This document shows positions 40,637 to 52,750 of a stretch of 64,000 nt of DNA, piece by piece; positions within the stretch are counted from its first letter, which is position 1, and each line of letters starts with the position of its first letter. A model generated the notes under the pieces. It searched no databases. It saw only the letters and a program-made list of their open reading frames with translations, and had not been told where the DNA came from. Source of the DNA: Dicyema japonicum (taxonomy: Eukaryota > Animalia > Dicyemida); contig RDEW01000001.1 in assembly GCA_011109175.1 (NCBI GenBank), forward strand, positions 2,246,696 to 2,310,695, written 5' to 3'. Position numbers and translations under genes: made by a program.

Positions 40637-41930
40637 ACAAGGATCAAAAGTCCAGAACAATGATGACACAAGACGGAGTCGGAGGCACATAAGTTACGGG
40701 AACCCCCAAGAGGTGGGGAGAAGTTAATGGCTCTTTTCGTTCCTTTGTGAGCAAGACACCACGAGACACCACGGGTGAGAAATTTTCACCCTTATACCTA
40801 CCTGATAGATGGATTCCCTTTCTGCTTTTTAAAAGGTGTCATCGCATCCACCTAACTCAGGAGAGGCCTAATGCCTGGCTGGCATCCAAAAGGATCCTTC
40901 TCTCCTCTATTCCAGGAGTGGATCTACTAATTCGGAAGCCATGTTGAAAAATTGTGCCTGTAGGTCAGAATAATCATTATAAGAACTAACTTCTATACTA
41001 CCTTTAAGAGAGGGACATATGAGGATGGTCATTCTTGGATTTTCCATGTTTTGGAATAGAGGATAATGATTGAATTTTTTCAGATTTTAAGGAGGGTGTA
41101 CGTATTCAAAGAAAGTTGTACATGTCAGTCGATATCAATCTTGCCTGGGGCCCCAAATGCTTCAGGAGACATGACGACACTCCATCAGGGCAAATGGTAC
41201 ATGAATTCCATGAGGAATAGATTGTCTTCCATGCTCGTTCGGGAGGGAAAAAAGTAGAATTAGGAATTGACATTGGTCTGTATGGGTGAGTATTGATTCT
41301 AAAAAACTTTTGGTTGTTTTTGTAACCTCAATAAATAGTAATTGATGTTAGCGAGTGTTAATATATCTTTATTGGTGGAGAAACTGCATCATCCTCATCT
41401 TCAGGCTGTGTTTGATCCGTTTCCGAATCTTCCAGGAGTTGCATGGTCGAGGCATCCAATTATACGGCTCTATTTTCGTCTAGATTGTAGTATTTGCAGT
41501 GAAATAGAGATTTCAAATTGTCTTGGTGTCAATAGTGCATACATCATGCGTTATTGACTGTTCGAGTATATCTTTCTTCCTAATGAGAGTAAGCGTGTGC
41601 GAACATAGCTTGGGATTGAAGTCTTTATATAAGGACAGGAGAATGAATAATTTATCCGCTTTGAAAATTATAATCTTAAGCATATTTACTGCTTTATCAA
41701 AAGCGTCACACGCATTCCAGAAAGATGAGAGTCCAAATAATTAGTGAATCTCACTAGAGATTAGTTAGCCTCCCCTCCTCAACGGTTTCACCCATTCGAT
41801 CTCAGCTCGTCCAGATCGTCTCCCGTGAGGGTATTAATAAATATTATTGTGCTTATTTTTAATTAAAGAAAAAAAATATTAAGGAACTAATTTAAAGCGT
41901 GACAGCCATTTTCCTGTAAAAAATCAAATA

Positions 41931-43200
41931 CAGTAAACCACCATTAATCCGAAAACTTCAATAATCCGAATTTTTTGATGAGTCAGCAAAATTTACGAAG
42001 ATTCCATACAAACAGGCTTTAATAATCCGAAACTTCATAATCCGCAATCCGAAAGACATTTATTAAAAATGAAATAAAAATGAAATTTTATTTGGGACTT
42101 TCGACAGTTTTAGAAATTCTTAAAAATCATGAAAAATAGGAAAACTGTGAAACTATGATTAACAAGCTGAGGCAGTGGTAAACATCATCAACTTGATAAT
42201 TCATTTGTTAAATAGATTTCGAGGATTGATGCAATCAATGGTTTCATTAATAATCATTACAAAAGCTTGGTATCAATGATCCTGAATTTAGTAAAGGCTA
42301 CACAGATTTAAAGGAAAATTTAATTTTAAACTAAAACTACTTCATTGAGAAACCAACAGCTTAGCAAAAAATGAAATTAATTTGAATAGACAAAATATGA
42401 TTGATAAGTTTAAAAAATTGACCCTGACGTATTGCTAAACATAGATGAAACTGGACTTTTTTACAATCTTTCCCTGCAAGAACAATTTAATCTAAAGATA
42501 TAAAAGGCATAAAGCAATCAAAAGTGAGGATCATTCTCTGTGCTAATACAACTGGAAAAATAAAAATTAAACCTTTTGTTATTTGGGGTTAGTAAAAGTC
42601 TAAGATATTTAAACAATTTTGATTTTGAAAAAATATTGTACTATGTAAATAAAAGGGCTTGGATGACAACATAACTTTTTAATGTCTTTATCAGTTATCT
42701 TAGTGATGATTAAATTTATTTTTTACTGATTGATGATACTCTAAGCCATGTTTTAACGAAATTTTCTGAAAACGTTGAAATTTTATTTTTTCAAAAAAAA
42801 CCAATGGATGCGGGAATAATCAAAAACTTTAAGTATTATTATAGAAAAGGTTTATTTTGATTATATGCTCTTTATTTGGAAAAGAATTTTTGTTAATTTA
42901 CGGAAGGCCATCATTATGGTATCTCATGCATGGAATAAAGTAAAAGAAGACAGGGACAATTAAATGTCTTTATTAATTTGTTAATGACGATATCATGCAA
43001 GATCCTGTTTTGGATGTGTAACAAAAAGAACTGGATGAACTTGCTAATGAGGAAGAAATAATTCAAACAGAAAAGATTTACGAGAAAGAAATCGTCACCC
43101 TTTTTGTGAAGATTATAATATCGACGAGGAAATTATTTCTGAAAATGAAGAGAACAATGGAGAATTTTCGCCAATTGAATTATTAAATGCAATTAACATT
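41931..43200 (+). mobile_element. Tigger/pogo remnant, unit A
   Basis: TA|CAGTAAACC terminus; NIDETGLFY, NKRAWMT, DAGIIKNFK. Confidence 0.8.
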
Positions 43201-43359
43201 CTGAATGGGATCTGATCCTTGGTATGTTCAGAGAGATCATTCCGAAAGCCACAGAAACCAAATCAGAAGAACTGGAAATACTTGGATGCCCTCTTACTGA
43301 TGCTGGAATCAGTAACACTCTAAGAACAAAAGAACATCAACTAAAAACAACATTCAGAC

Positions 43360-44540
43360 GCTGATATAATATGGAGTCATCGGTGGCTTACGGCAATATG
43401 TCAGAAGTACAGAAAAACAATGTATATTCTGGGAGTCGACTTATCGAAAGCATTCGACTGTGTCTGCCGAAATAAATACTGCAAGTTCTCAAGACATAAT
43501 TGATGAGGACAGTTTGAGGATTGTGCGTTTTTTGCTGGCTGACACGAGCCTCATAGTGAAAGTGGGGAAGGACTATTCGGAAAAATCAAGACCGGGATTA
43601 GTAATCCGAAGGGGATTCGCTTTCGCAGTTCTTTTGCAATCTATTTGGAAGCTGCGTTGAGGGACGTAAGAAAAGAATTGGGTCACTTAAATAATCATTT
43701 TGTGGAATTGATATATGCTGATGACATCGATTTTGTATCTGAGGATGTGGAGGTACTAAGAACTGCTGTAGATAAAGCCACAACGGTTCTGGAGATGTGG
43801 TCTTTGAAGATCAATTCATAAAAAACAGTTAACTTCGATTCAGCGGTTGCCGACACGGATTGATGAGAAATGGAGGTTTACTAAAAGGCTCGGCTCGTTT
43901 TGGGGAAATGCTGAGGAAATTGCTCGTAGAAAAATGTTGGCATCGTGTGCACTGAAAAAGATGTGGAGTATTTGGACTCGCAGAAGACTTATCTCCTTAA
44001 AGCTTTGGATGCGCTTATACAGCGCGGTCATACAACCAGTCCTATTATATAACTCTGGGAACATGAGGACCATCAAAAAAAACCTTGACAGAATAGACAC
44101 GTTTCATAGAAATCAAATGAGACAAATTGCGGGAATCAAATGGCCACAGATTATCAAAAGCGACACTCTCTAACAAATTATGTAAATGCAAACCGATAAG
44201 CAGAGAAGTAATTACCTCACGCTGGCGACTTTTCGGATATGTTCTGAGAATGGACGAAGTGATTCCTTGCAATCAAATCATGGAAGATTACTAGTCAAAT
44301 CACAGAATTGGATTCGAAGTCGGCCAAGATGTGCGCATCCCCTCTGCCTGAATAACGATACGCACGAATTGGCACTCAACTCAAAACTGGAGACGATCTT
44401 GAGGATATTCGTAAACACGCGAGGAACAGAGCTAGATGGAGAGGGCTGACTGGGAGGATAGTCGAGTGTACGGTACGAGCGAACCCCTAAGCATTTTACG
44501 TGCTTTATGGCAACGCGGAAGTGCTATTAACTAACTAATA
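43360..44540 (+). mobile_element. RTE LINE 3' half, unit A
   Basis: VDLSKAFD, YADD, LLYNSG; (TAAC)n-like tail. Confidence 0.88.
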
Positions 44541-44859
44541 AAATGTGTACTCAGATAGAATTTTTCTGCAGACATAAAAAAAGACACTTCCAGAGTTCAG
44601 TTGGATCGCTGGTGGAGTATTTGAGGAGAATTTGAAAGATGTTGGAGGATGGGATCACTTAATTAGCAAGTTAATGCGTTCTTGGTGATCTTGGGGTTTT
44701 AAAATAAAAAATTTCCATCGTGTCTCTTATTTCTCTCAAAATGTATAGGAATCTATTTAATTTTTACAAAAAACTGATTTTTTCCGACGTAGTGATCCTT
44801 AATGGATCAAGGTGGTGTTGTTGGAAGAGAACCGAATTAGGACACGTTCCGGTATTCTT

Positions 44860-45130
44860 CGTGATTGTATATTTTAGGTACATGGTTGAAAAACTCTAAT
44901 GTGAATTTCGAAGATACTTATTTTTATGTGGAGTTCTAAAATTGCAACGCAGAAAATATTCAAAAACAATCTTGGCTGGGGTTCGACGACAACTGTAGAC
45001 TGGCAAATGTTTATCAGAGAGGTCTGTGCATTGATTACCTTTTTAAAATAAAAAATTGGTAATATCTGTTTAATTAACGATAGGTAGTGAAGGAATGATC
45101 GTAGAAATAGACGAAAGTATATTTTCTTCA
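44860..45130 (+). mobile_element. Merlin/IS1595-like transposase fragment cut by the duplication junction
   Basis: GMIVEIDESIF motif; longer copy at ~58670-59300. Confidence 0.65.
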
Positions 45131-45147
45131 GTATCGAAAGTATATAG

Positions 45148-45904
45148 AATACAAAAAGAAGTTCTGAAAACTTATGGGAAGGACATGTGAAGACTTTGGT
45201 TATCAAAAACTCAGAGATAAGAACCTTTTGATTAGAAAATAAACAAACATGGGATTCAGGTGGTAGGTAATTAACGGAAACGCAGCAGAATATGGAGGCG
45301 ATATAAAAAACATAGTGATTGTAGTCGACACTGCAAATATGTTTCAAAATATGAAGACTGAGTATGTTTGGAGAATCCGACTTGTATTGAATAATAAATT
45401 TACAGATTCTAGCAGTTCCATCCAAAAATTAGACAAATCAACCCTAAATCTGACTTGATACTCCTGAGAGACCATACAATGGCCAACCATTTTGGACAAA
45501 AGAGTAACCTAACGTGTTTGATAATGACTAACAATTTCTCGCCAATTCGCAGTTTCAGTCATCAGAATATATACACGTTCCTTCAAAGAAAATCCGATTA
45601 CAGTCAGCATTCTGATGATCCAAATTGCATTTGTTTTGGAAGTCGTCTGTTGCCATAAGTCAAGACAGTCGAGATAAACTTGGATAATTTTAGCGAGGCC
45701 ACACTCACTCTTTTGAAATAGGTAAAATAATAATAAATATTTCGTTTCATTCTTCTCTAAGTAAGAGGGTAAAGGAGATGAATAAATAATCCAAAAGTAT
45801 AGTTCTTCGTATGATAATTCTATATAATAAATTCAGTTGTTACTAGAAATATGTTCAGAAAAGCCCGCCAATGATAGACTGAAGAGGTTTGAGTTCTCCA
45901 TCAT
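45148..45904 (-). pseudogene. GCN1: Truncated duplicate of the GCN1 5' end, reading on into antisense Merlin sequence (stop 44874)
   Basis: Near-identical to 34385-35141; ORF 44874-45425 crosses the junction. Confidence 0.85.
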
Positions 45905-45982
45905 CAGAGACTGATAAAACAAGAATAAAAATTTAAATATTATTAAAGTTTTCATTAATAAATTAGTTAATAATTAAATAAA

Positions 45983-47076
45983 TTAGTATGCATTAAATTC
46001 AGCCTTGAATTGCATTAGCATAGATTTAAGTGTGCTTTTTTGAGTTTCATTAAGGTCTTGCAGTGGAGTTCTGACCGGTCCTCCATATTGTCCTGCCACA
46101 TCAAGTCCGTATTTGTAAGCAGACGAACATGATTTTTTAGCGATCTTGCTTATTTTAACAGCCAAACCATATCATTTAAAGGAATCAGTGCTCGTTGCAG
46201 CTTTAATGCTTCTTCAAAGTTAGACTCGTTCATAAGTTTGTACAACCTACATGTTGATACGGGGACAAGACCACTCAACGATGTTATGCAATCTCTCCCT
46301 CCTATCTTTACTACAACCAATTAACCCATAATATAGGATGAAAGCAACATTGAGGATGATCCCACAAAAACCCTAAAGTCTAGTTTTTGCGTTCTATCCA
46401 AAATAGTTGAGATTTTGACAATCTATGGTTAACACATAGAACTACATCTCCTCCACTTTCCTTTAAACCAATAATGTTCTGATGACTAGCCAAATCAGAG
46501 ACCACGTCAACACACAAATCAACTCCAGTGTATGGGGGAATGTTATATAGCAATATAGGAAGAGGTGAGGCATCGGCCACCTACATTGACCACTTAGTCT
46601 TACCTCAGTGTAAAATCTCTTAAAGGTGTCGTAATTCATCAAAGTCTTGTAATAATGGGGGGCCCTCAATAGTAAAGCATCTGCTCCTGCGTCTGCAAAT
46701 TGTTTAGTCTGCTCAATTGTCATTTTTGATGCTATTTTTAGGCATTTACTAACTTTCACACCCTGCTCCAGATATTACAACTTTGTCACTCTTCAGATAC
46801 TTACGAGCACTGCGGACTACCTCAATTCTCTCAGATTGTTTCAGCAGAGCGTACTCTCCATTCGATCCAATCATCGTTACTCCTTTTATTAAACCATTAA
46901 TTAGTACCATTAATGCCAGTTGTGTTTAAATAAGCGATATTGTCAGCCAATTTGTCATACCAAATATCTCCATTACTATCAAATGGTGTTGTTATAGGGG
47001 GAATGATCCCTTTAATGCTGCTTAGGCATCTTATTTGAACACCAACTTTTTGGAATTTTCCAACTAATCCTGCCAT
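45983..47076 (-). CDS. HOGA1: HOGA1 second copy, apparently intact
   Basis: ORF translations identical to copy 1; same six introns at offset 10763. Confidence 0.93.
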
Positions 47077-48324
47077 TAGTTAATTTATTCGTTATTTTTT
47101 TTGTAATAATTTTGATATAAGTTTTTTTAATAAAAAATAATATAAAAATAATATTGTTTTTTTACTAATTTCAAAATTAAAATTATGCTAAATTTTGTCA
47201 CTAGTTATTTTATTGTGTGATCTTATATTTTAAATTATTCAAAGTATCTACTCTAAAACCACTACTTTAAATAAAATTTTTTTGAGTGATTTCTTAGTTA
47301 CGAATTTCGTGATATGGTCTGATATAACATTTTCACGCCCATTAATTGTTATTTTTATGTTTAAGGCTGATTTGCATAATTATTATACTAAATAACATAG
47401 ACTATAATTTCGATTTATTAGTTTATTACTACAATGCTTGTACTTTTACTGCCATTACACCTCCCTCTTGTATTATCAAGAGGACATTGAGAGTTAATAC
47501 AAATCCTCATTTTCACTTTAGATCATTTAATAATACTGCACTTTAGCACGATTAGCTATAGCTCCCCCAGACAAGACACACACTTTAGTAATGAACAGTT
47601 ATAACTAATCGTAGAAAGAGAATCAATGAATGTTCTTTACTTTTTTTTCTTTTTGTTGGGTGCGAGTTTTTTTGGTAGACGAGTATAAATCATATTTGTT
47701 CAAATATCCTCAGGTTTGTGTCGAATAAATCGACTGTGATCCTAATAAAGCAAACCCATGCAACTAAAAAAAGTCATACCCTCGTCGCTTCTGAAACAAC
47801 AGAAAAATCTTTAATGTTATATTTCTCCGGCTATTTATCGCAGGACGTCTAGGTCGTCTGAATTTTCAAGTTTCTTTTGCAGTCTAAGATCATCGTGAAT
47901 TGCAATAGAGAGAACGACCGGGGTATCCATAACTGCTCTGAATTGAGATAAAGAATCTTCTGGAGTACCCCAACATGAGTATGAATTTTTCAGACCGTTC
48001 AGGGCCAACTTGGACTCTAATATCTTTGTCTAGTAACAGGAATCTTAGTAGAATGAATTTAAAATTGATAACTACTTTAATAAAGTGAATGTTAAAATTT
48101 TATTTTTTTGACTGTTGCTAAAATATTTTACTATAAAATTAATATTTGTTCAATTCCCCTTTTTAAGGACAGTTTCTTTTCATTATAATAATTGTTCTTA
48201 ATAAAATAAAGGTTATTTCAAGTAATAAAAGTAGACCAACTCCCAAAATATAGAAGATTTGTTGATATCGATTTGTTAGAGTTGTCGCTCGCGTCGAATT
48301 TAGCTGTAGGTTCAATTCCCACTC

Positions 48325-51300
48325 TTATTTATTAACCCCGGGATCACCGAGAAAGAAAGACAAAAGAAACGTCAACTAGTTAGGTGATCTCAGTTCCCGC
48401 AACCGAACGTGCCTTCCAAAGTTTGTGCGTCTCCATTGTTCTCAATATCAAACGGAAATGCCTTCTTTGATCCTTGCAAAGGAAGTCGATTGGGTACGAA
48501 AATTTCTTAGTCAACCGATTTTCTTTTGCGTGGAACAGTGAGAGGCTTAATGGGTGTCCATCTTCCTCGCAAATGCGAAGAAAACCGAAACCACATCTAC
48601 GAGTTGTAAATTCCGTTAGCAGGGGAGGTATTTTTGTTCCACATTGTATCCAGCATACGTATTGTTTTCTTTTGCAGTAAGTTAAGTTTTTGGATAGTAG
48701 CCTCTGATAACGCGAATCTATACGCAGCAGAGGCTTTTTCCACGGCCGCGCCATTGTCCGACGATATATAACTCCGATTGCTTCATTTATATGCACTGGG
48801 GTCTTCTGGATAAGAGCCCGTGTGACAGCCATTTTCTGTAGTCCATTGATGAGAACTTGTTTGCGTAGGGCATTGTCGTAAGTCACTCCAGGATTGAGGG
48901 GTTTCTTGTGACAGGTATCCGAGTATGTCATGATGAAGATTTCTGGTCCTTCTTTGGACCGACGGTCGGAGGTGAATAGAGTGCATGTTGACTTTGGAGC
49001 CGATACCGATAGACGGTTAGCTATCAACCAATCGTGGATACAATCCACTTTCTTCTGTGCGAGTGAGACTGCTTCTGATGTCGAATTGCTTCTTGCTGCA
49101 ATGATGATATCATCAGCATAAGAAAGCAGTAGGAAGTCAATGTCTGCTGGCAGGTCGTGAAGAAAAGGTTAAATAGAGTGGGGGACAAAAGCGAACCTCG
49201 GGCATTCCGTTTGGTAGTAAACGTAATCTGAGATGGCCACAGATGACCCTCCCACGTCTTCCAGATAAAAAATTGGCCAAACATACCTCAAGTTAGGGAG
49301 AATTTTTGAATCAAAGATTTTTCCAATTAAATTTTTCCTCGGTACCGAGTCAAACGCCTTGTTGATGTCAATCGAGACCATTATCGTCAGCATGTGTTTT
49401 GGGGGTAGTGTTGAGACCATACGCAATGAACTGTGAAAGCGTTGATAAGAAAGTCATGATTGATCTTTAGGAACGGAATCCGTGTTGAAATCCGGTTGAG
49501 ATATGGAAGGAGTAATTTCAAATAGGATCAACTTTTCCAACACTTTTGATATAGTAGAGGTCAATGAGATTGGTCTGTATGAACTGGGATCTCCATTTTT
49601 ATTATTTATTTATTAACCCGGATACACTGAGAAAAAAGTTAAAGTAAAGAAGTAAACCAATTAAGTTTATCCAGTTTCCACTTCTACAGAAACAGAGTCC
49701 ATCCGGAATCAACATGAAGGGTAAAAGACGTCCATAATTGCAGTTGTGGAAACCTCTCTAGAGGAGTGGGAGAGAGCAAATGATCCTTTTTCGTGCCGGC
49801 CTGGCACTGTGCGCCACCTAGACAGGTGGATCACATGACGCCACTTTAATAGGAAGAGTGAGGTGGAACAGACGATCAAACAGAAACTTCAACCAATTAG
49901 CCACGAAGCACCATATGGCGCCACGTGGCTTAAAATTTTCCTTTTGGTTTTCCGGCCTTATGAATTGGAGTGATGAGCAAATTTTCATATTTGGGGGATA
50001 ATGTTCCAGTTAACGGACAGGTTAAAAATTTCCGTTAGGTAGTTAATTGCGTATTTGCTTAGGTGTTTCAAGTGAATTGAAGATACTTTGTCCTGGCCGC
50101 AGGCCCGTGAGTTCTTTAATCCGGCGATAACTTCTGAGATCTGCTTGTCTGAAAATAGTTTTTTGTAAGGTTCATTTTTTCGGTTTACGGGCGCGTACTT
50201 TGATATTCATTTGTTTATAGAATTTCTTGAAGTTGATCGCATCGTAATGTTTCATAAGGATTAGGGTGTATACGACAAATTTGTTCTGGAGAAGGGTTAC
50301 AGGTTCCATTCGCATTTTCCAACTCTGATTTAATTTGTTTTAGTGTTTTCCAAAATTGATGACATAAACTTTTTTCCGTTAAGGCAATTGACCACGTGAC
50401 GCCACTTCTGATCCTGATGGTCATTTATACTCTGGTTGATACTTTTATTTAGTTGTCTGATGGATTTCAACTTTGTCGGATGGCATCTTTTCATTCGGTT
50501 TCTTCGTTTTATGAGTGTAAGTGTCCGGGAATTGAAAGTATAAAATTCGTGCATGATGATAGAGGGATAAATATGTTTCAGCCTTTTGAATTACCATACT
50601 GATGATTTTTGCAGCTTCATCTATCGAACGTATATGGGATGATAGTTTTTTGACCGATTCCAGGTCTACAAAGTCAGAGAAGCCAAACCAGTCAACCTTC
50701 TTATAATTCTTTAAACTTTTCACTTCGGTCAGCAATGTTCGGCGTCTCCGAAATCCTCTTAACGTAAGAAGGATGGGATTATGGTCGCTGGAAACCATAG
50801 TTCACACCCCATGTTGTGATTCCTCCTAAAGAAGGTGAAAATAAGGTTAAATCAGGAGAGGTGCAGCTAGCTATCAGTGCTCCTTAAAGGGGTTCTTGTG
50901 TGTAATTTAGGATCATTCAGGATAAACATGTCAATAAGACCGTTTTCGATGAACTCGCCTCGACTATCAGAGGACTGTGAAGCAAGCCAAACAGGGTGTC
51001 GGGCATTTAGGTTGCCGCATATTAGAGCGTTCTTTACTACTGGGATGTAGGATTTTGGGCAGGATCCTTGTGGTGTAGGTTAATCAAGTTGATCCAAAAA
51101 GATGGGTACAGCTCCATTTTGACGGTGATCTGCTCTATGGTATCGTTTGAGTCCAAAGTTCTGAGGTCCGTCGACTCGCGTCAATGAAAGGTGTACCGTT
51201 CTTTATAATTGTGAGTAGTCCTCCACCTGGTCTTCTCTGACGGTCCCTACGGATTACTGTGTATCCCGGAAAAGAGGGTGTTGGCGTGGAGATGAGAGCT

Positions 51301-52650
51301 TGGATTCCTGGATGAGAGCAAGGTCAGCTCGATTTGCAAAGAGGAGAGCTTGAAATTTCAGAATCTTCCTTTTAATTCCATTTGTATTTAGTTGTAGAAT
51401 TATTAAGTCTCCGCGTGGACCAGAGTTTGTTTCAATGTCGCCATAAGGATCAATAGTCCAGAACAATGATGACACAAGACGGAGTCGGAGGCACATAAGT
51501 TACGGGAACCCCCAAGAGGTGGGGAGAAGTTAATGGCTCTTTTCGTTCCTTTGTGAGCCACAAGACACCACGGGTGAGAAATTTTCACCCTTATACCTAC
51601 CTGATAGATGGATTCCCTTTCTGCTTTTTAAAAGGTGTCATCGCATCCACCTAACTCAGGAAAGGCCTAATGCCTGGCTGGCATCCAAAAGGGATCCTTC
51701 TCTCCTTTATTCCAGGGAGTGGATCTACTAATTCTGAAGCCATGTTGAAAAATTGTGCCTGTAGGTCAGAATAATCATCATAAGAACTAACTTCTATACT
51801 ACCTTTGAGAGAGGAACATCAGTGAAATCGGATCATATGAGGATGGTCATTCTTGGATTTTCCATGTTTTAGAATAGAGGATAATGATTGAATTTTTCAG
51901 ATTTTAATGAGGGTGTACGTATTCAAAGAGAAGTTGTACATGTCAGTCGATATCAATCTTGCCTGGTGCCCCAAATGCTTCAGGAGACATGACGACACTC
52001 CATCAATGGTACATGAATTCCATGAGGAATAGATTGTCTTCCATGCTCGTTCGGGAGGGAAAAAAGTAGAATTAGGAATTGACATTGGTCTGTATGGGTG
52101 AGTATTGATTCTAAAAAACTTTTGGTTGTTTTTGTAACCTCAATAAATAGTAATTGATGTTAGCGAGTGTTAATATATCTTTATTGGTGGAGAAACTGCA
52201 TCATCCTCATCTTCAGGCTGTGTTTGATCCGTTTCCGAATCTTCCAGGAGTTGCATGGTCGAGGCATCCAATTATACGGCTCTATTTTCGTCTAGATTGT
52301 AGTATTTGCAGTGAAATAGAGATTTCAAATTGTCTTGGTGTCAATAGTGCATACATCATGCGTTATTGACTGTTCGAGTATATCTTTCTTCTAATGAGAG
52401 TAAGCGTGTGCGAACATAGCTTGGGATTGAAGTCTTTATATAAGGACAGGAGAATGGATAATTTATCCGCTTTGAAAATTATAATCTTAAGCATATTTAC
52501 TGCTTTATCAAAAGCGTCACACGCATTCCAGAAAGATGAGAGTCCAAATAATTAGTGAATCTCACTAGAAAGTAGTTAGCCTCTCCACTCCTCAACGGTT
52601 TCACCCATTCGATCTCAGCTCGTCCAGATCGTCTCCCGTGAGGGTATTAA
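48325..52650 (-). mobile_element. Jockey/I-like LINE, unit B copy (2A motif altered to DIETNSGP)
   Basis: Colinear with 37560-41835, with substitutions and indels. Confidence 0.9.
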
Positions 52651-52750
52651 TAAATATTATTGTGCTTATTTTTAATTAAAGAAAAAAATATTAAGGAACT
52701 AATTTAAAAGCGTAGGACACCCATTTTTAGCCACTGCAAAAAATCAAATA

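Larger units (their letters stand above)
37560..41835 (-). mobile_element. Near full-length Jockey/I-like LINE with 2A-like peptide, APE and RT; decayed
   Basis: QLNTNGI, IQESKL, SPDLT..SDHNPI, SYRPISL, SIDINKAFDSV, YADD; 3' hairpin and TAAA tail. Confidence 0.9.
34385..45130. repeat. Tandem segmental duplication, unit A
   Basis: Colinear with 45148-58936; offset 10763 at the left end. Confidence 0.95.

Noticed and set aside
41780-41835. Canonical hammerhead or HDV ribozyme
   Set aside because: No CUGANGA core with stem I/UH site, and no P1/P3 pairing despite a CGAATGGG resemblance.
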